Shown here in pieces: positions 47,248 to 61,672 of a DNA stretch of 64,000 nucleotides. Source of the stretch: Chiloscyllium plagiosum (taxonomy: Eukaryota); the NCBI RefSeq assembly GCF_004010195.1, contig NC_057718.1, forward strand, positions 49,377,239 through 49,441,238. Reading direction: 5' to 3'. Made by a program: the position numbers and the translations under genes. The notes below the pieces were generated by a model. The model searched no databases and was not told the DNA's origin. It was given only the letters and a program-made list of their open reading frames with translations. The number at the start of each line of letters is the position of its first letter. Position 1 is the stretch's first letter.

Positions 47248-47917
47248 ATAGATAGGATAGTGAAGAAGGCGTTTGGTATGCTTTCCTTTATTGGTTAGAG
47301 TATAGAGTACAGGAGTGGGAAGATCATGTTGTGGCTGTACAGGACATTGGTTAGGCCACTTTTGGAATATTGCGTGCAATTCGGGTCTCCTTCCTATTGG
47401 AAAGATGTTGTGAAACTTGAAAGGGTCCAGAAAAGATTTACAAGGATGTTGCCAGGGTTGGAGGATCTGAGCTATAGGAGAGGTTGAATTGGATGGGGCT
47501 GTTTTTCCTGCAGCATCAGAGGCTGAGGGGTGACCTTATAGAGGTTTATAAAATCATGAGGGGCATGGATAGGATAAATAGACAAAGTCTTTTCCCTGGA
47601 GTAGGGGAGTCCAGAACTAGAGGGCATAGGTTTAGAGTCAGACGTGAAAGATATAAAAGAGGTTTAAGGGGCAACTTTTTCATGCAGAGGGTGGTACATG
47701 TATGGAATGAGCTGCCAGAGGATGTGGTGGAGGCTAGTACAATTGCAACATTTAAAAGGCATCTGGATGGGTTTATGAATAGGAAGGGTTTGGGAGGATA
47801 TGGGCCAAGTGATGGCAGGTAGGATCAGATTGGGTTGGGATAACTGATCAGCATGGACAAGTTGAACCGAAGCGTCTGTTTCTGTGCTGTACACTTCTAT
47901 GACTTTATGACTCTATG
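47248..47917 (+). mobile_element. Young CR1 (HER1-like) 3' 670 bp, 6-bp TSD acctag
   Basis: ORF 47484-47822 RLRGDLIEVYKIMRG...WNELP; ctatgact-type tail; acctag at 47242-47247 and 47918-47923. Confidence 0.95.
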
Positions 47918-48039
47918 ACCTAGTATCACCCAAGGCTTAGGATTATCATTGGTCCCAGGCAAGAGTAAATGATAATGGAGGGTTGTGATAGCAGAGGGGT
48001 GTCAAGGGGGTGGCTTTCAATAGGTACTGTTCTTCCTAA

Positions 48040-48345
48040 GGCAAGTGAGTGGGCTAGCAATTCAAAGGCTCTGGATAAAGATGAAGGAACATGAGTTCAT
48101 ATCCTACCCTGGAAGTTGGTTTGATCTAAATTCTATTAATGAATTCTGGAATTGAAAGCTTACAAATGAAGTGTCATAAAAAATTGTCATTGATTGTCAC
48201 ATACACCCATTTGGTTCACTGATATCATTCAGGGAAGGAAATATGCCATCTTTAACTGATGATATGATGTTAATGCTTCAGAATTGTTTCTGTTTCAAGT
48301 CAAATGGAATGATGATATGTTGCTAGTTTATGCCAGATGCTCATC
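48040..48345 (+). mobile_element. Decayed copy of second SINE family
   Basis: gagttcatatcctacc...ccatttggttcactgatatcattcagggaaggaaatatgccatc. Confidence 0.6.
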
Positions 48346-49732
48346 AGGGAAAAATGTGTATACTCATATGTTCTGATTTAATATTGAGTTACTGAAGCCA
48401 ACAGGAATTTAGGTCTCTGACTTTACAAAGATTAAAAATTAATGGGTGAAGTTTTCTCTGCAGAGCTTCAGGTGCAGACTTTTGCATGCTAGTAAGCTAC
48501 ATCGCAAGAGTTCAGATTTTTGATCCTGAATGATCCTCTATGATCCCCCATTTATTAAAGAGGAAAATCTACCCTAAAGCTTAAAAAGTTTTTAAGTCCT
48601 CTGGCTAAAGCAACAGTAAAGCAGCATGAAACCATTTCCTCACGGTGGTATCACACCTCTTGTCTATGTATGATTCATATAGTTCCACATATGAATTACA
48701 TTAAATAGCTTGTGCCAATATGTCCTCAAAAGGGCAGGTTGCAAACCCCTTGATAATCTGCACTATAAAGGAATGTTTTCTGTCATTTCTGTAATTCATT
48801 CTCAAATGGAGTAAGGGAAAATAGAAACGTACATTCAAATCTTGGAAGAAAACTTTGTGGAAATTTCTTCTACCACTGATACCAAATCTAAAACAACATC
48901 CTTTTGATTACACTAACAGAACATAAAGGTACTCAAATTCCTTCCTACTGCTGAGACATCAGTACAGCATGTCTCCATATTTGGAAATAAAAAACAAGAG
49001 AACATTTTGAAAGCATTCAGCTGGTCAGTCAGATTTAAAAAGAGCATGACTGAAAATGTCAATCCCCTGCCCTTTCAATCGATACTGTCTGGCAATCATT
49101 TAAGCAGGAATTCCGCAGAGATTACACCAATTTCCTAATGCTACTGCAGCAATAATTCAGGAGAGTAAGAACAATTGGCTGCTTATAGCTACTGTCAGAG
49201 GTTTCTGTTGGGATTCAGCTTGAAACTTACGGAAACTACAACAGAAAATGCAGACGATTGTATGTGCATTACTTTCTTACCCTGTTCAACCATGCAGAAA
49301 TTCACAAAAGGGATGTAAATGGGATAGTAGGGCAAGAAATAAAGGAAAACTATCCTGGAAGTATGGAATAGTAACACTTGGAAATAATCGGTTTGAATTA
49401 GTCAACTGGAAAAAAAGAAGAGTTGTACAACTGACATCTAGGTTTTCTGAAAATTCCATATTATTCAATTTTTCATCCAGGAATACTCCTTTTTAAGTTG
49501 CAAAAACATTCCTGGAATCATTACTTGCATTGAAACTTTTGTATTAAAGTAAGTTTCTATACTTAAACCTATCTAATATCGGGGGATGTGTTCTCAGTGT
49601 GCTAGCATAAACATAGTTATTTTTGGTCCTAACATAAGCCTTATTGATAAGCCATGAATAAAGAACACGCAAAACACAATGTGCAAAAGAAACCAACACT
49701 CTCCATCACTGAGGTGGGAAGGGGTTAGAAAA

Positions 49733-49935
49733 AGAAACAGAAACATATTAACAAGAGTCGGTCATTTAGCTACTTGAGCCTGCTCCACTATTCAAAAGGA
49801 TCATGATTGGTCATCCAACTTAATTCCCTGCTCTAGCTTTCTGTTCGTACACTTTGATACCTTTAGCCCTAAGAACTATATCTATCTTCTTCGTGAAATC
49901 ATTCAATGTTTTGAGCTCAACTATTTTCTGTGGCA
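49733..49935 (-). mobile_element. Older CR1 3' end
   Basis: Similar to 37260-37450. Confidence 0.75.
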
Positions 49936-52689
49936 ATGGGAGATGGAGTTTCCTTTTCTACTTTGTGATAACGGAACAGCTTAAAAATTTTGGTGAATTG
50001 TAGGTTGAAAGGATGTTAAAATAATTGTTTCATTTTTGTTTGTAAAACTTCCTGTAGTTGCACCCACTAATTTCTCTACTGCCTTCAAATTTCTTTCCAA
50101 AGAAGGGTCTCCTTTTTAAGGTTTTCAGTGCTCCTTCACTGAGATTGAAAGCCCCTTATGTGTTACAATATTAGTTGTTTACTTTATGTTTCTTATTATT
50201 TGTCAACATCTTCACTCTTGTTCAACATACATCAGCTCTTCATTAGTCAGTACTTCAGAGCCCTCTCAGCTTTATTTCGGTCTTTTTCAGACAATCCTAG
50301 CCTGTTGACCATAGGACTATGGGTTGGAATTAATCTAGCCTGTTCTGGTGAGTTACATGGCAGACCAGGTCCACTTAATTAAGAGCAGGATTCCGTGTCA
50401 GGGTCTAGCAGTGGCAAACAATCCCCTCATTAACTTTGCCCAATCAAGAGACAGGAATTAGTCACAAAAAGCCAACCTGATGTCTTTCCATCTGACTACC
50501 CTCATCTTCCAAATCCTCTGGACCCTATTCTGATCAGATGGGTGCATTACCACCAGCAACCACTGCTTCCTCTGGCACTGTCACATTGATGAACTTCCTA
50601 AAACTGGCTGCCAAATTTTCAGCCAATAGCCCTTCACTACTGGAAACCTCAGTCACAGGGAAGACCCTCCAAGAGTCACTCAAGTGTTTGAGTGTTTTTG
50701 ATTCTGTCAGTCTCCACTACACGTCAAATGGGATTTCCCCCCAGTTTTCAGACCAGTGGGTGAGATCCCATTGATCTGATGAAATTCTAGTCCATGTCTT
50801 CGTAAGTAGATTTGATTGTCTTATTGAAGCCATGGAAATCAATGTGTTTAGAGATATGTTTTTTGGGTCTATGGCTGAGCACTTCATGAGAAAGAATGTA
50901 AATTTCAAGTTTATTTCTTTATTTTTCTGCCTTTATATTCCATGTTTTGGCTTATTTATCTGTTTCAAGATGGTGCCAGATCTGGCAAAGTACATGTGAC
51001 GATAAATAAATCAAATCATATGATCCACACACTCAATAACCATTCCATATTTTCTAACATGCTGCACCTCGTAAGTCTCATCCTTGTGCCACTTAGAGGA
51101 ATGAAACTTTATCCACCAGCCTTTATCTTATCTTGGTTATTCTTAATGATCTCCACAATCATTGTGGTAGAAGCCCAAGTTAACTTGCAATGCTGCTGTC
51201 TTTTCACCAGTGTTATCACATTGTTACGTTGCTATTCCAAAATAATAGTTTGCTTCTTACTTTTCGGAAAAATGAATCCTTTGTCACTTAATGCATTTTT
51301 GATAACAATTTTGTAGACTTCACTAGGGGTAGAAGAAGTAAGAAAACCAAGCAATGCCAGCTAATGTGTGTACCAGCTAATGGGCCTCACTGTGTAGAAT
51401 CTTACTAGTTGAATTGAACGTTATACATATTTAACAGTAAATCCAATACTTACTCAAGCACTCTGCACAAAGTTCAGGATCTATTTTAAAATTGTCTATT
51501 CTAGGGATAGATGTTGATAATTTTAGCCAAATAGTTTATAACATGTTAAACAGTAAATGCAACAAATAATTTGCTAGCTGCTTAATAACAAAACTATGGA
51601 ACTTGTGTATCCTGAAATGGAATGTAAGTATATTTCTCCAGGTGTCCTACTTACTTACTCATATACCTTTAAATCTTTATAATGATGTGATGTTTCTCTC
51701 CATTACTTCATTGAGGTTACATGTATTCTTTCATTTATGAGTCTTATCTGGATTTGTCTATTTTTCATATATATTTCCTACTGCCTCTTTACCAAATTAA
51801 ATGAAATAGCTTTTGTAACACTGATTGTTCAGCTTTGAAGAAAGGTCTGCATTTGAGTACCATATCTATTCTACATTTTTATTTCCTACATGAAAACGCT
51901 TCATAAAGACTACATGTCTGGTGGTCATGAAAAGTGCTCTTTAAATACAAGGTTTCCATTATCTGGCATATTTTATTTGTTGCTGTAAAAATTACAACAT
52001 TCAGAGGTTAAACTGATGGAAATAATAGCAGTTCTGTACTGATATGTCTGGTAAAAGTGGTAAGTGACTTCATGTCTTCACTACCAAGGTTAGATCGTGG
52101 TAAGAATATTTAACTTCTTCAAAATTGAGCTTTTCATATTTGTGGTGAAGTTGTTTAAAACAGTTTGTACAATCTTTCTATTTTCTGATTCTAATAAACA
52201 ATCTGATAAAAGACAGCAAACATGCTAATACCTCAACAAATGGCAAGCTGGTATAAATTACATTGCTAGATTTTAATTTTAATCTCCAAAATAGAACACA
52301 TGATGAACATAACCAAAGCATGCAAATCATTAAAAGGTTTTCTTTTCCATTTCTTTTCAGTACATCAGAAGAAAAGTCTGCAACATTTTCACCACAAGAC
52401 GCAAAACAAATGACATAATACATTTTAACATGCCTGCTATTATTGGGCTGAACATATTTTTGCAAGGAAAGTACCTTTATAAGCTTTGGCATGCTGTATT
52501 GTCTAAATTTTCAGACAGAGGGATTGTATGTAGACATGTAGAATCCTCAATTATATCTCCAGGAAACAGAAGGACTGAAAATAAAGTTAGAATTAAGTCC
52601 ATGAATATCTAAATAATGATTGGAGTCAAAATAATGCTTTGCTTCTTTGTTCATCCTTGATGAATCTTTTGCAAGATCTGCTGTTAATG

Positions 52690-53010
52690 CTAAGGATGGT
52701 TGCCCCTTTGGAACATTTTACATCTTTGAGACTGATGATGTGAATCAGGTTTTCATTTACTGTTAGTCTTATTAGGACTACTGCATCATTCCCTCAAAAA
52801 TAGCAGAATATTATCTATTTCTAAATTCCATCAGAACCCACAATACCAAGAAACAATTAACTGATCATTAATCTCATTTGCTATTTGTGGACCTTTATGT
52901 GGACCTGCTCACATGCCACCAGTGATTACCAATCAAAAGCAATTTATTAAATGCTTTGGGGTATTTTGAGGTCATGATAAGACATTCTGTTAGTCCTTGT
53001 TCTTTTCTTT
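52690..53010 (+). mobile_element. Very decayed Deu-domain SINE
   Basis: ctgatcattaatctcatttgctatttgtgg...cagtgattac...tgctttggggtattttgaggtcatga. Confidence 0.5.
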
Positions 53011-54579
53011 ATCAACGTCTCTTCCTAGTTTATTTAGGTTGGCATTGTCAATACAGGAATTGTTAGTAACGACAGAAGAGAGCTTAGTCATTTCAAACTC
53101 AAACGAAAGACACCTAACTAAAATCAGTCGACATTTTTAATCACCAGGCTATTATTGGTTAATATCAAACATATGACTTCCAAATATTTTCCTCTTTGCC
53201 TATTATTTCAGCATACTCCTTTCCTGTCAAAACATTCTAACCATTGAGCAGAAAGATGATTATAAAGAAGCCTATTGTGAGTGCGCTTGTTCTTTTCCTT
53301 GGTACCTATTACCTAATACGTGAGGAGTTAACTATAACAACACAAGTTTCTATAGCATGCTGAACATATAGAAAAATGTTTTACAGTACTATACTGAAAT
53401 GGTGAATGATAGCATATGGTTGCATACTCAACAGAATGAGTGTAATATATATTTCCCATTTTAAGAGTGGCTTGTTTTTTTTTATTAAAGAAAGATATAT
53501 GCATGGTGTCACATTGAATATCTGCACAGCTAGAAGACAGCTGAAGATTACTTCATATTCAAGTTGGTCATAAGAATCTTCTACATTGCCAATTCTGTTG
53601 GCAAAGCTCCCTGTAAACAAAGATGAATTGTTGCATTTTTAGTCATGAAGACACCAACATAAAACACTGATATAAAAATGAGTGGTTTTGACAAATCTTT
53701 TCTCATTGAAATAGATATAGTTTTCATTAGCTTCAGTAAGGTGCATGATCTTTCAAACCTCAATTGGCTTTTATGATGATACAATGATAAAACCGTGGTG
53801 TGAAATGAAATATCTCATTGGTTTGTAAACCTTCCAATGCTGTAAAGACAGTAATGAATATTTCCATGTGGCATAATCAACCCAATACGTAGACAAGAAC
53901 AAATTTAAATGATGTCTTACGTCGTTTAAAATAACCTCCAAATGTGGTGATGTGATGTGCATGTATCTTTAATGGGATGTATCTTAGTCTATTGTCAATC
54001 AATATATACAGGATATGATACTGGCCCAATGCCTGATGGTCAGTCTATGAGCAACAGTAGCCAAGCCACAGACAGATGTATGTATTGTAGTCTCCAAGTT
54101 AAATGTAGCTGCATGTAGTCTTGTCTCAAAATTAAGAACTGACATTGTTGTTTCTTATCTAGTTGCATGGTTGGTGTGCATACATTAAAAAGAAAGGAGA
54201 ACATAACATCAGGTCTGTTACAACATCTGTATATACTGCTAAGAGGAGGAAACTGATATCAGTTTAAATATGTAATACCAGACCCCAAGTTTCTACTATT
54301 TCACTATATTGCTTTACCATTTTTGTGCATTTGAAAACCAGCACCTTAAAATGGTGTGGTTTGGTGAAATTGATGTTTGTGTTGTTCTTTGTGACATCCA
54401 CTTCACGTTACGGCTCATAAACTAGATACAGAAATGACTAATATCCTGAGATAGAATACATAAGAATATGTTTTGTAGCCAAGAATAAATCAAGCAGATG
54501 TGTGTGAGTTCATCTGAACTGTTGAGCAGCAATGGAAAAATATCTCTAAAGGTCAGCAGCATAGACAGATTCTATCAAT

Positions 54580-56600
54580 AAGAAAAACGTGCAATTCTTT
54601 GGTATATTTACGATAGAAAAACATCCCAAGGTGTTTCAAGATTAGTCAAAATAGTTGCTAAATCAAAGAGGAGAATGTTATAAGCAGTGATCTGAAGCTT
54701 AGTTAAAGGAATAAGCTTTAGACCATAAGACCATAAGACATAGGAGCGGAAGTAAGGCCATTCGGCCCATCGAGTCCACTCCGCCATTCAATCATGGCTG
54801 ATGGGCATTTCAACTCCACTTACCCGCATTCTCCCCGTAGCCCTTAATTCCTTTATAATGCATCTGAAGTGCAGAGGCGGATATGGGGCTGAGAAATCTA
54901 AGGAGGAAGTTTCAGAGCATGAGGATGATATCAAGGCAGCTAATCATATGACCCAGTGAGCAGACATTGTACAAAATGGTAGAATTCGAGGAATACAAAG
55001 TTCTATGGGGAAGGGAAGGATTATGTCATTAGGAGAGGTTTCAGTAATATAAATTTGCAAGGCACCTAAACTGAAGGATGAAACCTTTACTTCGAACACT
55101 TTGGAGAACTGTGAGCAAAGGTAGGTCAGGAAGATCGAAATTAGCGAGTGTGTGGGATTTGTCTATGAAGGAGTAGGATGTGACACAATCAGAAGAGCAT
55201 GAACAAAGTTGAGTCTGGAGATGAGGCAAAAGGGCTGAACTAACAGGAAAAAGGAATAGAAACAATTGTTGGAGATCTCTCTGCAGGTGGGTAGGCAATC
55301 ATTGAAGGAAAACAAAATAGGTGGAACATGTTAAAGGTTGCAAAGAGATGCAGTCAAATAATGCATAAAGATCGCAGTCAAAGAGAAAGTCATTTGCAAC
55401 GTTGATTCTGGCTCCTACACTAATGTAGCAAGGACAGAAATCCAAATAGAATGATCCAAACATAAAAAACATGGGGATGGATTTGAAAGGCAAAAAAACC
55501 CACTCTAGAACTTTGAAGATGCAAGGGAGCTGGGCAATAAGCTAATAGTTTGTGAGGATGGAGAGATGAGTGCAGATGTTTTGAGGAGAGGGAGTGTTGA
55601 TGTTAATTTTGAAGGGGAGGATGATGGTACCTAAAAGAAGGGAACTATTTGCAATGCCAGGTAGTCTAGGGGCCATGAATGAACAACTGAGTGTTTAACT
55701 CTTTTGTGGGAATGTGATCAAAGCTATGAGAAGTTGGATCCATGTACAACATATGTTTGGAATTTACATTAAGGGAAATGAGAGAGATAATACAGGGATA
55801 TAGTTTCAGGAAAGGAGGGGGAGATCCTGAAGAATACTTGCTAGCCAAAGGAAATGCTTAAATAAGCAGAATAGCTGGACGATAGTCTTGGTTACAGTAT
55901 GCCGAAGTTAATGAGCTATTCTCATTTATTATTGGGTGTGAGAGTGGAGAAGATGTGTAAGAGGTATTTAATATGGAGATGAGAAGTTAATTTCGTCTTT
56001 ACAGTTCAAGAAATAACAGGCAGGTTTATAAATGTGAGACCCAGTAACTTTGATGCAGTCTAGCTACATCTGGTGATGGATGACCAGACCAATTGTGCTA
56101 GATATGCTTACACACAAGTTGCATTTTATGCAGTGTATGTTTATGGTCATTTCAAGGGAAATGGCCAGGATGGATGAGAATATACATTTAGTTGGAGGTA
56201 AAGGCAGAGAAGAAGTAATTGAGCAAATTGAAATATACCATATAATTAAGGTAAATGGTGAGTTGTGGGTTGAAAGCAAGCTAAAATGTATCCATGCCAA
56301 TCTCTGACATGGATAAATAAGGACTGTTAGTAGCAGAAAGGACATTGACTGTATAACTGATCATCAAATCCAAATGTTGGTTGATATGAATGGAGTTGAA
56401 AAGGTGACCAGTGTTGACCTTGTGGCAAACCCTGTAATGTGGTAAAAAAATTAAAAGAGAAAGATATTGAGTCTTAGGGTGGATATTTTTCTGCTTTGAA
56501 GTACAATTATAAGTGGCTGTGGGAGTGACCTTTTTACCCATAGAGACTGGAGTAATTGATAATGGAAGGAGATTGGAGGCTGTCGGTGGTGACAAACACA
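54580..56600 (-). mobile_element. Decayed L2 LINE ORF2 with 3' tail
   Basis: ORFs 55666-55848 (MDPTSHSFDHIPTKELNTQL) and 55299-55493 (FCPCYIS...INVANDFLFDCD) resemble L2 RT. Confidence 0.75.
54719..54851 (-). mobile_element. Very young CR1 3' tail nested in L2
   Basis: (agaccata)n tail, CpG-rich body, flanked by cttta on both sides. Confidence 0.88.
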
Positions 56601-57320
56601 GTGTTTGACTATTGTGGACCGTATGGAAATCTACCCTGAACCAGTAGAGTCCTTTTTAAATATGCAGATCTAATTTCCATGACCTTACTGGGGCCCACCC
56701 TGTTATTGTAGGTGGAGGCCTGTATGGGGCAGCACTGAAAACTGCCAGAAGGTAGATCATGGGCCAGAACTTCAGGCCTCATCCATTTGGCTTTTCTGGG
56801 TTAATACCAGCCTAAACAGTGCAGTTGCAGTTAATGTGGATGAGCCTCTGAGATAAGCTGTGTTGTTACTGTGTACTCAGTAATCCTGCATCCGTTTTCT
56901 GCCAGAAGGTTGGAGCTCCTTTGGAGCCTTGGCAGCATTATTAAACATGGGCGAAAGGTAATCATGAAGTCTAACCTGAACATGCATGAAGAACCAAAAA
57001 ACTCACGTGAGAACATTTTAGCAGCAGTAGAGAGAGCAACTTAAATTAGACTGTGCTTTTCTGAGAGGAAACTGAACAACCACAAAGCAAGATTGAATGG
57101 CCATGAACTAAGGTTGTGGAATCACTAGACATTGTCAGAAGACTCACCGAATACAGAATCTTGAATCTATCCAAGTGATGCAAATAGTTGAAGACTTATC
57201 TGAAATGAAGAATACTCCAAAGTGGTATGTCTGCACCAGCTGAGTAGTCCTGTCCTTTCCAAATTAATTTGATCCCGTTGAAGGACCATTGCAGGCACTT
57301 AGATCACTGAGTCGTGATCT

Positions 57321-57380
57321 AATTCCACAGTTTTAGAAACAATTCCACAGAGATAGAAACAATTCCACAGATATAGAAAA
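57321..57380. repeat. Three tandem 20-bp units aattccacagnnntagaaac
   Basis: Directly visible. Confidence 0.9.
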
Positions 57381-57911
57381 GCCTCCACTTGAAGCAGCAA
57401 CAGTCCCACGTTAGCACTAATATGCAGTGGATCCGCTACTGTTGATCAATCCTCAGTTAATATTCAGTCAGTCTGTGAAGCTCTTATGTTTTTATGCCCC
57501 CAGAACTTTGTAATTCAATGCAACCCATCCAATCCAGTGTCTTAGAAGCCAGCGGTCTTGCTACATTCCATTGAGGACTTATATTGTGTTGCTAATGCTA
57601 TGACATTGAGGGATGAGCTTATGTGAATTCTCCCTGATGTATTGTTGCTTGAAAAAAGATGGATTTTTGAACAGGCAATTCAGCATACATGATAGGCCAG
57701 GGTAAGGGTAGATTTGACACAAGTCTGAAACTCAGTTTGAGCTTGTAAGTAGGTCATGTCCAACCGTGGCTGCCCCACCTTATCAGAAGTGCACCAAACA
57801 TCCAAAATATTCAGGAAGCATAACTTTGAAGTGTTGGTGCTGTGGTGAAAGGAGGCATTGCAAATGGCAAGTTTGGGTGCCGTCTTCTGGACAATGTACA
57901 CTGTGTTAGAG

Positions 57912-58212
57912 TTTCTTTTTATTCATTCATGGGATTAGGATGTCACTGGCTAACCCAGCATTTATTGCCCATCCCTAATTGCCCAGAGGGCAGTTAAGAA
58001 TCAACCACATTCTGTGGGTCTGGAGTCATATGTAGGCCAGACCAGGTAAGGTTGGCAGTTTCCTTCCTTAAAGGACATTAGTGAACCAGGTGGGTTTTTC
58101 CAACAATCGACAATGGATTCATGGTCATCATTAGACCCTTAATTCCAATTTTTTTTGTTGAATTCAAATTCCACTATCTGCCATGGTGGGATTTGAACCC
58201 GGGTCCCCAAGA
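57912..58212 (-). mobile_element. Second-family tRNA-head SINE, well preserved, head truncated
   Basis: Reverse strand: gggacccgggttcaaatccc (B box) ... gggcaataaatgctgg...cccatgaatgaataaaaagaa. Confidence 0.88.
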
Positions 58213-58399
58213 AGAGGAAAGCAGCAACAAGGAAGTACACATTTTCTTGGTCAAGTGGATAATGTTGGTCCCACATGAGAAGATGATGATGGATTTGTGT
58301 AACATTAAAAGGAAAGAAAAGACTATTGTTTTCTTGATTTAGGATCAACTATTACTGTCCATTCTGATAATCTTGAATGGCTTCATGCTATATGCCTTC

Positions 58400-59400
58400 A
58401 TCAATTATAAATCAATTTCAAGGGTCTGGGAGGCCATATCCTTTCAGTTAAACGTTATTTTCAAGCAACATTTACCAACAATGGTGATGTTATTAAGCAG
58501 TCTATTTGCATCTTACAGAATCAGAACAATCTTTGGTTAATTTGCAAGCATGTATCCAACATGGCTTTTACAATGGCCACCACACATTCCAGTCCAGATA
58601 ACAGACTCTGCATGACTATGCTCTATTTTGTTAGCTACTACCACAGCCTCTTCAGGGTAAAAACATTTGGCTAAAGAACATTAGACAACATTTTGTGAAG
58701 ATTTCCCACTGCTTTCTCTGCCTGTTGATGTTTCAAATCAAGAAGATTGGATGACCTTTTGTGAAAAACTTATTAAGCTTACCCAAGAGTTCAATCAGCT
58801 TTATGATCCTTCTCCAACTGTGTTAGAAGAGGATTGTAGAAACATAGAATCCTTAAACTATGGAAGCAGGCCATTTAACCTATCAAGTTCATACTGACCC
58901 TCCAAAGAGCATTCCACACAAGCCCACACCCACTACCCTATCCCTGAAACCCTGCATTTCATCTGACTATTCCATCTAAATGATCTTCTTTCTTCAGAAG
59001 TTCCCGATAGCAGGTTGAGTGTGAAAATATGTTTCTATCGGCTCCAGTTTCACCAATTTGGGAAGAAGATACTGTGGCACCTGACTGACCAGTTTTTGAT
59101 GTAATACTTTAAGATCTCTCTGATGTTCTTCCAGATCTGAGTAAACAGAAATCTTCACCTACTCCTATAATGAAGAAATACTACATGTGTCACATGAAGG
59201 TGTGATGGAAATTCCAGTACTTTCAGTGTCACATTATGCTAGTTGTTATATCTCAAATGATAGCATTTAGACTGTACCGAATGAAATTGTCCATAAGTAC
59301 AAAAAACAAGAAACTCATAATATGCAGGAAATTCTTCAACCATACTGAATTATGAAAATGATTATCTGCTTTTGTATGAGAATCCTACAGATATTGTCTC
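58400..59400 (+). mobile_element. Very decayed Gypsy-like pol remnant
   Basis: GLGGHILSVKRYFQATF...IKQSICILQNQ (protease end), CEDFPLL, EILQPY...NDYLLLYE (tether). Confidence 0.45.
58842..58980 (-). mobile_element. HE1-type SINE 3' fragment
   Basis: Similar to 17162-17285. Confidence 0.75.
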
Positions 59401-61349
59401 AACTGTTCTGACTGAACGTCTTCCTGTGCAAGCAGTATTCCCTAATGAGATTGTTGTTGATTCTTTGTAATCTTTGTGAAAATCTTATGAAGAAGTGCAT
59501 CCATTCCCAACAATATTTCCAATGAATTGGTCCTGGTTTTTTCCTAAATTTCTGAAATGGTGCAAAGCCTTAAGATGCTATTATATTGTTGTCGCAGTTG
59601 AACAGAGAAACTTCTTTGCTCTTTTTCAATTGTGTAATTTCACCATTTACAAGTCTTCCATTGTCAGGTATCCTTTTTTATTAGAAGCTATCAGGAAATA
59701 GATAAAACTAATTGGTGTATAGTTGAGTAAAAGTGGTACCCGCTTCATGGTATCCTTTTACCTGCTTTCTTCCTAATGTGGCAGCTCACTGGCAAACAGT
59801 TCCTTCAGTGCTATGAGCTTTGGGGTACTGCTACTCATTCTACTTTTCTCATTTAATTGTTGAAAATACAATTCCACACCAACCTTCATGCCATTGCCAT
59901 CCTGTGCCATATTTTATGACCAGCTCAAGCAGAATTGTAGGATCTCCACAATTTTCTGAATCTGTGCACAATGGACTTTGTAAAGAGATTGTTGGGTGAA
60001 AATACAATCAGTTAAAGGGAATTTAAAATGCTTCAGCCAATAATGCTAAGGAAATACTTTAAGTTTATAATGTTCACAAGTCTGAAAATACTGGGAATGA
60101 GGGTGGTGGTGTAGAGATAGAATTTAATGAGTACACATAGATAAATCCCTGAGGTGCACTCTAATATCACTATAAACTTAATAGTCATGTGTTAGCATTC
60201 AGCCGGAAGGTTGGAATTTGTACAGCACCGAGCACCTTGCTCTGTATAGCCTTATCACTCTGTATCGACTGTTAGTAAACTTTGTTTCCAAGTGATCTAG
60301 AAGTATGGCCTGAGCTTATATGAAGAAACCAAATAATGTATTAAAACATTTGGAAACTGATGAGAAAAGTCTTCTAGTTTTCACTTATCTTGATGTAAAT
60401 CCAGGAGAAGCAGGTCAACACAACCAGTTCCAAGCATCTTTTAGTGGGCTGGGGATCAGATAATTTACACTAGAATGAAAAAAAAACAGGGTCTGCCCAG
60501 CTGGCAATTCAGGTTAAATGCATGTGATCAGTAAAGCATCAACTCTCTGGTACAATTGCAAAAGGTTAATAACTTCTAATACCAATTAACCTTCTAATAA
60601 CTATGACTAAAATGACCTTCACTTCAAATCTTTTATTTTTATTTAAGAAAATTGAACTTTTCAGCACCAATGAATTTTAATATTTTACTTCAGTCTCATT
60701 TCCAGCAGCATGCATCAATACAACAAATGATCTTGCTCATCTAACACTCGTGTGCATCACTTTCTCAGGATGAAGGTGAGGGAATTGGATATAAGTTCTC
60801 TCCTGCCATGGATGTCATGATATCCTGGTGCGGGCAGCACTTTGTCACTTTAAATAAGCATTTAAGTTTGATGTTAATAATTTAAGAGTCCTTCTTTTGT
60901 CACTTCTGTGGGTTTATGAGAAGAAGAAACACAAAGTGAGTGCATATGAGAGGTGCTGCTTAGCTATTTCGGGTTGGAAGCAGTACAGAGGAATCACCAG
61001 TAATCTCTTCAGAGCTGCAGCAAGCTAAGTTTTAAATTTATTTTAGACTTGCAGGAAAAAAACGAAGCAAGAGAGGCCTGAAGGTCAACTCTGACAGCAG
61101 CAAAAACCTGCTGGGATTGCCAGCCTCTGGCTATATATGTACTTAACCTACCCTGTTGAATCTGGCCTGACTACCCACTCACAGATGGCATTCTCGGCAA
61201 GCAAAATGACCTACTCATAGAAATGACTTGAATACAGAAATCAAACCTAGTTTCGGTATATTTAAGTTGTATTGTACTAACTCGGGGTATAATGAGTAAA
61301 TCTGGCCCTTGACTTTGGGCCTCTCCTGCTTAATCAGAAGTTTGATTTT

Positions 61350-61672
61350 TATTAGATTAGATTAGATTCCCTACAGTGTGGAAACAGGCCCTTTGGCCCA
61401 ACAAGTCCACACCGACCCTCCGAAGTGTAACCCACCCAGACCCATTTGCCTCTGACTAATGCACCTATCGCTATGGGCAATTTAGCATGGCCAATTCACC
61501 TAACCTACACATCTTTGGACTGTGGAAGGAAACCGGAGCACCCGGAGGAAATCCACGCAAACACGGGGAGAACGTGCAAACTTCACACAGACAGTCTCCC
61601 GAGACTGGAATCAAACCTGGGACCCTAGTGCTGTGAGGCAGCAGTGCTAACCACTGAGCCACCATGCCGCCC
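61350..61672 (-). mobile_element. Full-length young HE1-type SINE
   Basis: Reverse strand gggcggcatggtggctcagtggttagcactgc... (A box), ggtttgattcc (B box), CR1-like tail with (ctaat)n. Confidence 0.95.

Noticed and set aside
50942..52492. 124-aa and 104-aa ORFs
   Set aside because: Hydrophobic, AT-driven composition with no recognisable domain; consistent with chance.
54250..54278. U2 snRNA-like fragment (tatcagtttaa)
   Set aside because: Match is only ~11 nt and part of a 16-bp palindrome aaactgatatcagttt; no other U2 sequence.
59400..60040. Minus-strand Gypsy gag-like remnant
   Set aside because: Motif similarity too weak to support by eye.
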